A DNA stretch of 64,000 nt from positions 7,869-71,868 of the forward strand of contig DAOOOW010000002.1 in NCBI GenBank assembly GCA_035387885.1. The letters are read 5' to 3'. The notes beneath the pieces are model-generated. The model did not search any database, was not told the origin of the DNA, and saw only the letters and a list, made by a program, of their open reading frames with translations. A program made the position numbers and the translations under genes. Of the stretch, positions 33,793 through 41,583 are shown piece by piece; the stretch's first letter is position 1; each line of letters starts with the position of its first letter. The DNA comes from a bacterium (GTDB lineage Bacteria; Patescibacteriota; Patescibacteriia; UBA2196).

Positions 33793-35403
33793 ATGCTATC
33801 CAAAAATCAATCCAACCTCCAAAAATTTCTGCAAACTCTAAACCAGAGTGCGGTTTTGGATTGGTCAAAAAAATTAATTAAAGAATATCCCAAGGCTGAA
33901 GTCTATTTAGTTGGCGGCGCTGTTAGAGACGCTCTTTTAGGTGTTAAAGATAATAAAGATTTTGATTTTGTGGTCAGAGGCATATCAATGAAAAATTTAG
34001 AAAAATTTTTAGGCCGTTTGGGGTGGGTTGAAAAATTGGGGCGTAATTTTGGCGTTTTAAAATTTAAACCGAAAAAATTTGCTCAAGATAAAAATTCCAG
34101 CCCTATTTTACAAAATAAAAAAGTGCTGGATAAATTTGAACCATTGGATATCGCTTTGCCTCGCAGTGATTTTGCTTTTAATACTGGTGGCTATAAAGAT
34201 GTGCAGGTTAAATTTGATAAAGATTTGAATATAGAAGAAGATTTACTGCGTCGAGATTTTACCATTAATGCTATTGCCTATAATTTGGTTAAAAAAGAGA
34301 TTGTTGATCCATATGGTGGTTTGATTGATTTAAAAAATAAAACCATTCGGGCGGTTGGCCAACCAAAAATTAGATTGCGAGAAGATTATTCCAGAATTTT
34401 AAGAGCCATCAGATTGTCTTGCCAATTAAATTTTGAAATTGAAGAAAAAACACTCACTGCTGTAAAAAAATTAGCAAAAAATTTAAACGCAAAAAATAAA
34501 GCAGGGGAGTGGATAACTCCCAGAGAAACCATTGCTAAAGAAATTTTGCGTGCTTTTTATTATAACCCCATATGCGCTTTTGATTTATGTGACGAGTTAA
34601 ATATTTTTAAAGTTTTAATGCCCGAACTTTTAAAAATGAAAAATTGCACCCAGCCAGCCAATTTTCATTCTGAAGGCGATGTCTGGCAACATACAAAATT
34701 GGCCTTGGAGAAATTAGATAGTAAAGAATTTGTGTTATTTGAAAAAAAGATAGAAAAGTTATTAGTGACAAGTGACAGGCGACAAGTAGAAAAAGAAAAA
34801 AGTGATCAGCTGGAATTAATTTTGGCTGTTATTTTTCATGATATTGGCAAACCTTATGTAAAGGAAACACCAGAAAAAAATGGCACTGACAGAATTCGTT
34901 TTAATGACCATGATAATTTTGGTGCCGATTTAACCAAGAGTATTTGTGAACGCTTAACTTTTTCTTCGCCAGAAAAATATGGGGTGGAAATTGATAATAT
35001 TGTTAAACTTGTTAGAAGGCATATGATGTTAATCAATGGTCATCCAAGTCAATTTCGTCCGACCACCATTGAAAAATATTTTTTTTCTGATAATTTTCCA
35101 GGTATTAATTTACTTAAATTGGCTTATTTGGATTCTTTGGCCACTATCCCCAAGACTGGTAAATTGGAAATGAATTTGGTTGGGGCTTTAATTAAAAGAA
35201 TTAAAGAGTTACAATCTTTAATGGTGCATAAAAAAACCAGAGCACAATTACCCGCACCTTTGCTTGATGGGGTTGAGATTATGAGACTGTTAAAAATTAA
35301 ACCAGGTAAAGAAGTTGGTGAATTAAAAGAAAAACTTCGCGAAGCGCAATTAATTGGGAAAATAAAAAATAAATCCGAAGCTAAAAAATATTTGCAAAAA
35401 TAA
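33793..35403 (+). CDS. cca: CCA-adding tRNA nucleotidyltransferase / poly(A) polymerase family with HD domain
   Basis: Pol-beta head LVGGAVRDALLG..DFDF and HD motif IFHDIGKP. Confidence 0.8.
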   Translation: MLSKNQSNLQKFLQTLNQSAVLDWSKKLIKEYPKAEVYLVGGAVRDALLGVKDNKDFDFVVRGISMKNLEKFLGRLGWVEKLGRNFGVLKFKPKKFAQDKNSSPILQNKKVLDKFEPLDIALPRSDFAFNTGGYKDVQVKFDKDLNIEEDLLRRDFTINAIAYNLVKKEIVDPYGGLIDLKNKTIRAVGQPKIRLREDYSRILRAIRLSCQLNFEIEEKTLTAVKKLAKNLNAKNKAGEWITPRETIAKEILRAFYYNPICAFDLCDELNIFKVLMPELLKMKNCTQPANFHSEGDVWQHTKLALEKLDSKEFVLFEKKIEKLLVTSDRRQVEKEKSDQLELILAVIFHDIGKPYVKETPEKNGTDRIRFNDHDNFGADLTKSICERLTFSSPEKYGVEIDNIVKLVRRHMMLINGHPSQFRPTTIEKYFFSDNFPGINLLKLAYLDSLATIPKTGKLEMNLVGALIKRIKELQSLMVHKKTRAQLPAPLLDGVEIMRLLKIKPGKEVGELKEKLREAQLIGKIKNKSEAKKYLQK

Positions 35404-35405
35404 AA

Positions 35406-35435
35406 AGTCTCCCGTCATCTGACGGGAGATTTTTG
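35406..35435 (+). terminator. Intrinsic terminator after cca
   Basis: GTCTCCCGTCA-TCT-GACGGGAGA followed by TTTTTGG. Confidence 0.7.
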
Positions 35436-35440
35436 GTCAG

Positions 35441-35674
35441 TCAAAAATCAAGGTTTGTCATCTCTGATCGTCTGTTTGTTAAACAATGATTGTTTAACAA
35501 ACTATCTTGCCGTCTAAGCAAGGCTATTGTAGGGCCTTTATCCGCAGTGGTTTCGACTTCATAAGTCTTTTCACTTATTGAAGTTCCCAAAGTCTCGATT
35601 TTTGTTTTAATTTTTTCAGGTTTTTTCGAACAGTAACATTTCGCTTGCCCTGGTGTTATAATGACTACCGCCAC
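35441..35674 (-). CDS. Questionable small ORF (77 aa, GTG start); may instead be a noncoding transcript
   Basis: Only ORF in this 400-bp gap, with a weak RBS. A TTGACA-17-AATAAT promoter candidate lies upstream on the minus strand at about 35775-35815. Confidence 0.2.
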   Translation of the reverse strand: MAVVIITPGQAKCYCSKKPEKIKTKIETLGTSISEKTYEVETTADKGPTIALLRRQDSLLNNHCLTNRRSEMTNLDF

Positions 35675-35821
35675 TAACCATTTGTGGAGAGGTTTTCTTT
35701 ACGCCATCGTGTGGGCCTCCTATTTTTTTTCTAAAACAAACTAGTTATTTTATTAATTTTTATTTTTTTTAAAATTACTTCTAATTATTTCACTTTTTTT
35801 AAAAAATGTCAAATAAAAAAA

Positions 35822-35850
35822 TCTCCCGTTTACAGACGGGAGAGATAGTT
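35822..35850 (-). terminator. Intrinsic terminator for the 35855..36154 gene (minus strand)
   Basis: Minus-strand ATCTCTCCCGTC-TGTAAA-CGGGAGAT followed by TTTTTTTATTT. Confidence 0.65.
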
Positions 35851-35854
35851 GATT

Positions 35855-36154
35855 TTAACCAAGTTTGGTACATGTGATAATCACACCCTTAAGATGTGGC
35901 AATTGACGATGAAAATGTCTTTTGAGATTAGTTTGAGTTGGACCTCTTTTTGAACCAGCAAAAGGCATTCTGTGAATTTGGGCGCTTGGTAGATTATCAC
36001 CGTCAATTGGTTTAGCTGATTCACCATACTCCAAATTGTGCATTTTTTCTTCAATAAGCTGTTGACTGAGAGAATAAAAAATTTCTATTTGTTTTTTTGT
36101 CCAATGAACGATCAATACAAACCATTCTGCTGATGTGTATTTTTTCTTTTGCAT
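35855..36154 (-). CDS. Hypothetical 99-aa soluble protein downstream of a structured leader RNA
   Basis: Strong RBS GGAGG with a 7-nt spacer. No family recognised. Confidence 0.5.
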   Translation of the reverse strand: MQKKKYTSAEWFVLIVHWTKKQIEIFYSLSQQLIEEKMHNLEYGESAKPIDGDNLPSAQIHRMPFAGSKRGPTQTNLKRHFHRQLPHLKGVIITCTKLG

Positions 36155-36235
36155 TTTACCTCCAAAATTATTAGATTTTTATTAAAGTGATAAATTAAGC
36201 CTAATATTTTAATTAAAAAAGTCAAATAAAAAATA

Positions 36236-36402
36236 AAAAGCCCGACCAATTTAGGGCTTCAAGAGGGGGGAAGGTTCCTTGGAGGTTGAACTAAGCTGGC
36301 CGGGCAAAATAGAGCCGGTTATCCTTGGAATAAGTGCCGAGTGTGGAAATTAATTTCCAAGAATAAGCCGGCTTTTGTTGTCTGAATTGATTTGTGTGTT
36401 TA
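36236..36402 (-). ncRNA. Candidate structured RNA (riboswitch/attenuator-like leader, or sRNA) ending in an intrinsic terminator
   Basis: Minus-strand transcript of about 165 nt. It contains a 15-bp helix GCCGG(C)UUAUUCUUGG / CCAAGGAUAACCGGC enclosing an AAAUUAAUUU hairpin, a GGAACCUUCC hairpin, then the terminator AAGCCC-UAAAUUGGUC-GGGCUU plus U-tract (plus coordinates 36236-36262). Confidence 0.35.
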
Positions 36403-36409
36403 TATTTAT

Positions 36410-36438
36410 ATAATAATAAACTGAATAAAAAATGTCAA
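36410..36438 (-). promoter_or_regulatory. Consensus sigma70 promoter on the minus strand (TTGACA-17-TATTAT)
   Basis: Minus-strand -35 at plus 36433-36438 and -10 at plus 36410-36415, with exact 17-nt spacing. Confidence 0.5.
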
Positions 36439-36494
36439 GAGTCATTTAAGGAGTGCTTATTCCCAAAATATTTTTTAAATGTTAAGATATATTT

Positions 36495-36800
36495 ATGTTA
36501 ATCAAAGAAGAAGTTCAACATATTGCCGATTTGGCCAGAATCGAACTGACTAATCAGGAAACAGAAAAATATCAAGAGCAACTTGGTCATATTTTAGATT
36601 ATATGGAAAAATTAAAAGAAGTTGATATTGCTAGTGTTACCGTTTCTGATAGTGGCACAAATGATTTAGAAAATATTTGGCGAGAAGATGCAATTAAAAC
36701 ACAAGATGCAATTAACAACAGTCAAGAAAATGAAACTAATTTAATTGACATGGCGCCAAGTGTGGAAAATCGGCAAGTGAAAGTAAAATCAGTATTTTAA
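36495..36800 (+). CDS. gatC: Asp/Glu-tRNA amidotransferase subunit C
   Basis: About 100 aa with the N-terminus VQHIADLARIELT. Confidence 0.8.
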   Translation: MLIKEEVQHIADLARIELTNQETEKYQEQLGHILDYMEKLKEVDIASVTVSDSGTNDLENIWREDAIKTQDAINNSQENETNLIDMAPSVENRQVKVKSVF

Positions 36801-36831
36801 TTTTTTGTTTTTATTTTATTTTTATAAACAC

Positions 36832-36892
36832 GGGATCCCTCGACTTAGGCCTCGCTTTGTTCGGCCTTCGCTCGGGATGATAACTTTCAAAG
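36832..36892 (+). repeat. Intergenic palindromic repeat (GGGATCCCTCGACT...CGCTCGGGATGATAAACT)
   Basis: Same family as 56470-56516, 45394-45450 and 14555-14675. Confidence 0.6.
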
Positions 36893-38332
36893 ATGATTAA
36901 AGAATTACATCAAAAACTTATTAATAAAGAAATATCCGCAGTGGAACTCACTCGCGATTATTTAGCGCGCGCAGAAGCCAAAAACTCTGAACTTAATGCT
37001 TTTATCACAATAGTTAGTGATTCTGCTTTAAGACAAGCAGTGGCAGTTGATAGAAAAATAAAAAATAATGAAGAAATTTCGTTAATTGCTGGCCTGCCTT
37101 GTAGTATTAAAGATGTCATTATGACAGAGGGTATTAGGACTACAGCTGCATCTAAAATTTTAGAAAATTATATTGCTTCTTATGACGCCACGTCTGTTGG
37201 CAAAATAAAAAATGCTAAGGCTGTAATTTTGGGTAAAAATAATTGCGATGAATTTGCCATGGGCGGCTCTAATGAAAATTCTGGTTTTGGTCCAGTTAAA
37301 AATCCACTTGATTTAGAACGCGTGCCAGGTGGATCTTCTGGTGGCTCTGCAGTAAGTGTGGCTGCGGATTTAGCAGTTTATGCTCTAGGCACAGATACTG
37401 GTGGTTCAGTGCGCCAACCAGCGGCTTTTTGTGGAGTGGTTGGTCTGAAACCAACTTATGGGGCAGTTTCACGTCATGGTTTAATTGCTATGGCTTCATC
37501 ATTAGACCAAATTGGACCATTAACAAAAAATATTGAAGACGCCAAAATTATTTTTGATATAATTAAAGGCAAAGATAAATTTGACTCAACGAGTCAAGAA
37601 TTTCCAATTTCCAACCAGCCTACCGGACGGACAGGTTTCCAATTTCCAATAAATTTTAAAAAATTAAAAATCGGCATTCCTAAAGAATATTTTGTTAAAG
37701 GCATTGACACTGAAGTGGAATCCGCGGTGCGTGAAGTAATAAAAAAAGCAGAAGCATTGGGCGCGGAAATTGTGGAAGTTAGTTTGCCATATACTGAATA
37801 TGCGCTGGCTGTTTATTATATTATCCAACCTGCAGAAGCCAGCGCCAATTTAGCGCGCTTTGATGGCATTCGTTATGGCAAGCGAGCTGAGGCGACTGAA
37901 AATTTAATTGAAGTTTATAAAAAAACTCGCGCGGAATTTTTAGGTGAAGAAGTTAAAAGAAGAATAATGCTCGGCACTTACACTTTATCGGCTGGATATT
38001 TTGACGCTTATTATAAAAAAGCCAACGCAGTTAGAAAATTAATTAAGCAAGATTTTACTAATGTGTTTGAAAGCGTTGATTTATTAATTACTCCAACCAC
38101 ACCTACCTCTGCTTTTAAATTAGGTGAAAAAACTAGCGATCCATTAACAATGTATTTGGAAGATATTTTTACAGTACCGATTAATTTAGCTGGTTTACCG
38201 GCCATGTCCATGCCAGCCGGCCAAACAAAATCCGGTTTGCCCATTGGGGTACAATTAATTGCCCCATGGTTTGGGGAAGATGTTTTGTTTGAGGTGGGGG
38301 AGGAGTTAGAAAGAGTAATCCGTAATATGTAA
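36893..38332 (+). CDS. gatA: Glutamyl-tRNA(Gln)/Asp-tRNA(Asn) amidotransferase subunit A
   Basis: Amidase signature GGSSGGSAVSVAADLAVYALGTDTGGSVRQPAAFCGVVGLKPTYG. Confidence 0.92.
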   Translation: MIKELHQKLINKEISAVELTRDYLARAEAKNSELNAFITIVSDSALRQAVAVDRKIKNNEEISLIAGLPCSIKDVIMTEGIRTTAASKILENYIASYDATSVGKIKNAKAVILGKNNCDEFAMGGSNENSGFGPVKNPLDLERVPGGSSGGSAVSVAADLAVYALGTDTGGSVRQPAAFCGVVGLKPTYGAVSRHGLIAMASSLDQIGPLTKNIEDAKIIFDIIKGKDKFDSTSQEFPISNQPTGRTGFQFPINFKKLKIGIPKEYFVKGIDTEVESAVREVIKKAEALGAEIVEVSLPYTEYALAVYYIIQPAEASANLARFDGIRYGKRAEATENLIEVYKKTRAEFLGEEVKRRIMLGTYTLSAGYFDAYYKKANAVRKLIKQDFTNVFESVDLLITPTTPTSAFKLGEKTSDPLTMYLEDIFTVPINLAGLPAMSMPAGQTKSGLPIGVQLIAPWFGEDVLFEVGEELERVIRNM

Positions 38333-38468
38333 TCCGTAATCTGTAAAAGGAATAAATTGATTTAAAAATTTTATTACCAATTACTAATTACCAATTACAA
38401 ATTACTTTTTGTTGTTTTATTGCCAAATTTTATATTTATGATAGAATAATTCTAGTTTTTTATTGGGC

Positions 38469-38565
38469 GGAGCGGTAGTTCAGTTGGTTAGAACGCTGCC
38501 CTGTCATGGCATGAGGGTTGAAATCTGCCCCAAGGCAGATTTCAACGGTTCAAGTCCCGTCGTAA
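38469..38565 (+). pseudogene. Variant tRNA-Asp-like 5' portion (acceptor 5' strand to T-arm) with a 31-nt hairpin insertion in the variable region; lacks a 3' acceptor strand
   Basis: Identical to tRNA-Asp through the anticodon loop (CTGTCA), then TGGCATGAGGGTTGAAATCTGCCCCAAGGCAGATTTCA and ACGGTTCAAGTCCC. It is followed by GTCGTAAT, not by CCGCTCC. Confidence 0.55.
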
Positions 38566-38608
38566 TATTTTATTTTATTTTTACATTTTAATAAATGGTT
38601 CCCCAAAC

Positions 38609-38682
38609 GGAGCGGTAGTTCAGTTGGTTAGAACGCTGCCCTGTCACGGCAGAGGTCACGGGTTCGAGTCCCGTCCGCTCCG
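38609..38682 (+). tRNA. tRNA-Asp (anticodon GTC)
   Basis: GGAGCGGTAGTTCAGTTGGTTAGAACGCTGCCCTGTCACGGCAGAGGTCACGGGTTCGAGTCCCGTCCGCTCCG. Clean cloverleaf, no CCA. Confidence 0.85.
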
Positions 38683-38722
38683 TTTGGCGAATAATAAAAG
38701 TAAGATGAAATATTATAAAAAA

Positions 38723-38810
38723 CTGTCATGGCATGAGGGTTGAAATCTGCCCCAAGGCAGATTTCAACGGTTCAAGTCCCTGCCTACCGGCAGGCAGACC
38801 GTCCGCTCCG
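38723..38810 (+). pseudogene. Variant tRNA-Asp-like 3' portion (anticodon loop to 3' acceptor end) duplicating 58 nt of 38501..38558 and carrying an 18-nt palindrome in the T-loop
   Basis: CTGTCATGG...GGTTCAAGTCCC is identical to the upstream pseudo-copy. It then continues with TGCCTACCGGCAGGCAGA and CCGTCCGCTCCG (the correct Asp 3' end). Confidence 0.55.
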
Positions 38811-38839
38811 TTTAAAAAAGAATTTTTTAATCTAAAAAC

Positions 38840-39541
38840 ATGCCAGAAATAAACCCAGAAAGAAAAAAAGATGAATTTTGGAAAAGACATTTTGAGTATT
38901 ATGATTTTTTCCAACAGCAGTTTTCCTGGTATCAACAAACAATCAAATTTCACCTCGCGCAGATGGAAGGGTGTGAAAGAATATTGGATACGGGGGCAGG
39001 TAGTGGCAATTTAACAAAAGAATTATTAGAAAAATCCCATAGAGTTGTCGCAATAGATAGTGAAAAATATGCTTTGGAGCAATTAAGAGAAAAAACTAAA
39101 GAAATCGGAAAAAACCTGGAAATTGTAACTAACGATGTTTGCCAGATGGGTTTTGCAGATAATTCATTTGATGGTGTTACTTCAATGTTTCTATTGCCAT
39201 TTATAAAAGATGCAGAAGCATATTTAAGAGAAGTATATAGAATACTAAAGAATGGTGGTAAATTTTCTATTTCAGCCTGGGCACCAGAGCCAGATATTTT
39301 TAAAAGAATAAAAGAAAAAATTGAAGAGGAATTGACACAGAAAAATATTCTTCCGCAAAAACAATTAATGTGGGAAGAATTTTTAAAAACTAGTGCTATA
39401 AATGCCACCAATGTCAAAGAAAGTGGTTTAACGAAAGATAAAATTTTAGGAATGTTAAAAACTTTAAAATTTGTGGATAGCCAAGAATTTGTAGATGTAG
39501 CTTATGAAAAATACGCTTATTTTATAACTTGTAATAAATAA
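38840..39541 (+). CDS. Class I SAM-dependent methyltransferase
   Basis: Motif I ILDTGAGSGNLT and post-I acidic residue (VAIDSE). Confidence 0.7.
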   Translation: MPEINPERKKDEFWKRHFEYYDFFQQQFSWYQQTIKFHLAQMEGCERILDTGAGSGNLTKELLEKSHRVVAIDSEKYALEQLREKTKEIGKNLEIVTNDVCQMGFADNSFDGVTSMFLLPFIKDAEAYLREVYRILKNGGKFSISAWAPEPDIFKRIKEKIEEELTQKNILPQKQLMWEEFLKTSAINATNVKESGLTKDKILGMLKTLKFVDSQEFVDVAYEKYAYFITCNK

Positions 39542-39809
39542 AACCAAAATGCTTAATAAAAATTTAAATTTAAAATATTTATTTACCAATATTTCTGTAG
39601 TCTTTGGTGTGGTTTTGGTCTAGCGAGGAATCTGGTATATTTTGGATGAACTTGATAAATGGCTTTTTGGCGGTAGTTATTTTTGGACAGCTTTAGTTGG
39701 TATAATTATTGGTTTATTGATTTTGTATTTTCCCGACAGAGATTTAAAAGAAATTGGCAAATTATAATAAAAATAAAATTTTTAATTTTGTCTATCACAA
39801 CCGACCTAT

Positions 39810-40499
39810 ATGACTGTTTTTCAATTAAAACTTTTAGCCATTATTACCATGGCGATTGATCATATTGGTCTGTTTTTTTTTCCTGAACATATAACTTGGC
39901 GCATTATCGGTCGATTGGCCTTCCCCATTTTTGCTTGGTTGATTGCCAATGGCGCCAGACACACCCACAACATTAATGCTTATTTAAAACGTCTTTTAAT
40001 TTTTGCTCTAATTTCTCAAATACCTTATTGGCTGGCTTTTCGTTTAATAGATCCAACCTTTATTTCGCCAAACATATTTTTTACGCTATTCCTTGGTTTA
40101 TTGGCTATAAAAATAATTCAGGGAAAAAAGCAGTTGTGGTTAAGTGTTGTTATTACTATTATTTGCGCTTTGTGCGCTTATTTAATGCAAGCTAGTTATG
40201 GCATAGTGGGTGTTTTGTCCATGGTATTTTTTTATATATTTTTTGAGCAAAAAATATATTTGTTTTTATCAGAGGCAATAATTTTCCTGTTGCCACTTAT
40301 GGCGGCTAGTTGGCCTGTTTTCAAACCCTTAAGTCCGTATTTAATGGACAACTTTATTTATCAGCCGGTTTGTCTGGCATCATTATTTTTAATTTTTTTA
40401 TATAATGATCAACAGGGTTTAAAGGCAAAATATTTTTTCTATATTTTTTATCCCGCGCATTTTTTTATTATTTATCTGGTAAAATTAATCGCCTATTAG
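39810..40499 (+). CDS. TraX-family membrane protein
   Basis: N-terminal FQLKLLAIITMAIDHIG, characteristic of TraX (pfam05857-like). No other conjugation genes nearby. Confidence 0.5.
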   Translation: MTVFQLKLLAIITMAIDHIGLFFFPEHITWRIIGRLAFPIFAWLIANGARHTHNINAYLKRLLIFALISQIPYWLAFRLIDPTFISPNIFFTLFLGLLAIKIIQGKKQLWLSVVITIICALCAYLMQASYGIVGVLSMVFFYIFFEQKIYLFLSEAIIFLLPLMAASWPVFKPLSPYLMDNFIYQPVCLASLFLIFLYNDQQGLKAKYFFYIFYPAHFFIIYLVKLIAY

Positions 40500-40617
40500 T
40501 TTGTTATTATTAGCCAATTTGTTATAATATATTTAAGTTTTGTAATATAATTGTGTATAACTGCCAAACATAAAAATTAATCAGTTTAAACTAAAAAGGT
40601 TTAGACAACATAATTTT

Positions 40618-40794
40618 ATGGAAGATATGTTAGTTGTAGGCTCAAAAGTTAAAGCCTATATCAAATCAAAAAATCTACACACCTCTGGCGATTTTGCAGA
40701 AGCCTTGAGCAAAGAAGTAGCTCATATGATCGACAAAGCTGCCAAAAGATGTGAAGACAACAAAAGATCAACTTTAAGACCAAGTGATCTTTAA
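40618..40794 (+). CDS. Small (58 aa) basic protein, possibly histone-fold/DUF1931-like DNA-binding protein
   Basis: MEDMLVVGSKVKAYIKSKNLHTSGDFAEALSKEVAHMIDKAAKRCEDNKRSTLRPSDL. Below the track length cut-off. Followed by the GGGTTTAA/TTAAACCC hairpin. Confidence 0.4.
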   Translation: MEDMLVVGSKVKAYIKSKNLHTSGDFAEALSKEVAHMIDKAAKRCEDNKRSTLRPSDL

Positions 40795-41008
40795 AAAAAC
40801 AGGGTTTAAATTAAACCCAATAAAACGCAAAAATTCGCTGAAATGGGCGGATTTTTGCTTTTAGATAATGTTTGCGGTTTTTATAGATATTTGGTAAAAT
40901 AAAAGGGTAAAAAGTAAAAGTTTAACTCAGCGCCTATTGGCGATTTATTAACCACCCCGCCCGACTTCGTCGAGGCGCCCCTCCTTGAAAAGGAGGGGAC
41001 AGCAAGTC

Positions 41009-41404
41009 ATGTCATTATCCAAATACCTTACTTTAATGACCTTAGCCACCCTACTTTGCTGGGCTTCTTTTATAATTGTAGTTAATACTATTAATCCATT
41101 TAATACAGCAATCTTGGGTTTTGTCTTTTTTTACAGTTCTTTGTTTTTGTCGTTAATTGGTACTCTGTCTATTTTGGGATTTTTATTAAGAAATTTATTA
41201 AATAAAAATCAATTTATTAGTGTGCAGATAATGACTTCTTTTCGTCAAAGTATTTGGTTGGCCCTGATGATTGTTATTGGTTTATATTTACAAAGTCAAA
41301 AATTGGTGGCTTGGTGGAATTTATTAATATTAATACTGCTAATGATTTTATTGGAGTTTTATTTTATTTATCAAAGTGAAGAAACTTTAGAAAAAGAAAA
41401 TTGA
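41009..41404 (+). CDS. Hypothetical membrane protein (4 TM)
   Basis: An internal Met of track ORF 40985.. begins the hydrophobic protein. The upstream region consists of repeat palindromes. Confidence 0.4.
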   Translation: MSLSKYLTLMTLATLLCWASFIIVVNTINPFNTAILGFVFFYSSLFLSLIGTLSILGFLLRNLLNKNQFISVQIMTSFRQSIWLALMIVIGLYLQSQKLVAWWNLLILILLMILLEFYFIYQSEETLEKEN

Positions 41405-41454
41405 TTTTATATTTTTAATGTTAAAAGCAATTATTTTTTGTCATTTCAGACCGT

Positions 41455-41580
41455 TATGTCCCGCAACCGTGGGAGCGGATTGGGAATTCTAGTAGTTGAA
41501 GAAAAAAGCGCGGGTTTAAATCCATGGGATCCCCGCTTTAAGAGCCTAATCGGCATGGCCGGCGGGGATGACAGATAGCA
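41455..41580 (+). repeat. Palindromic repeat element upstream of pheS (TGTCATTTCAGACC ... GGGATCCCCGCTTTAAGAGCCTAATCGGCATGGCCGGCGGGGATGACAG)
   Basis: The 3' module is about 90 percent identical to 55631-55678, the copy upstream of 56071. Confidence 0.65.
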
Positions 41581-41583
41581 TTT

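Noticed and set aside
36236-36380. SRP RNA, RNase P RNA or tmRNA in the GC-rich stretch between cca and gatC
   Set aside because: I could not find the SRP domain IV GGAAGCAGC-type motif, the RNase P P4 strands (AGTCCGG / CCGGCTTA in the correct arrangement), or a tmRNA tRNA-like end with ...CCACCA. The region fits a leader or sRNA with a terminator better. A covariance-model search is still needed.
38469-38565. Possibility that the variant tRNA-Asp copy is a functional intron-containing or long-variable-arm tRNA
   Set aside because: The 3' acceptor strand complementary to GGAGCGG is absent after its T-arm, since GTCGTAAT follows. The matching 3' end exists only 240 nt downstream, after a 58-nt duplication, which points to a DNA-level insertion or duplication rather than a spliced intron.
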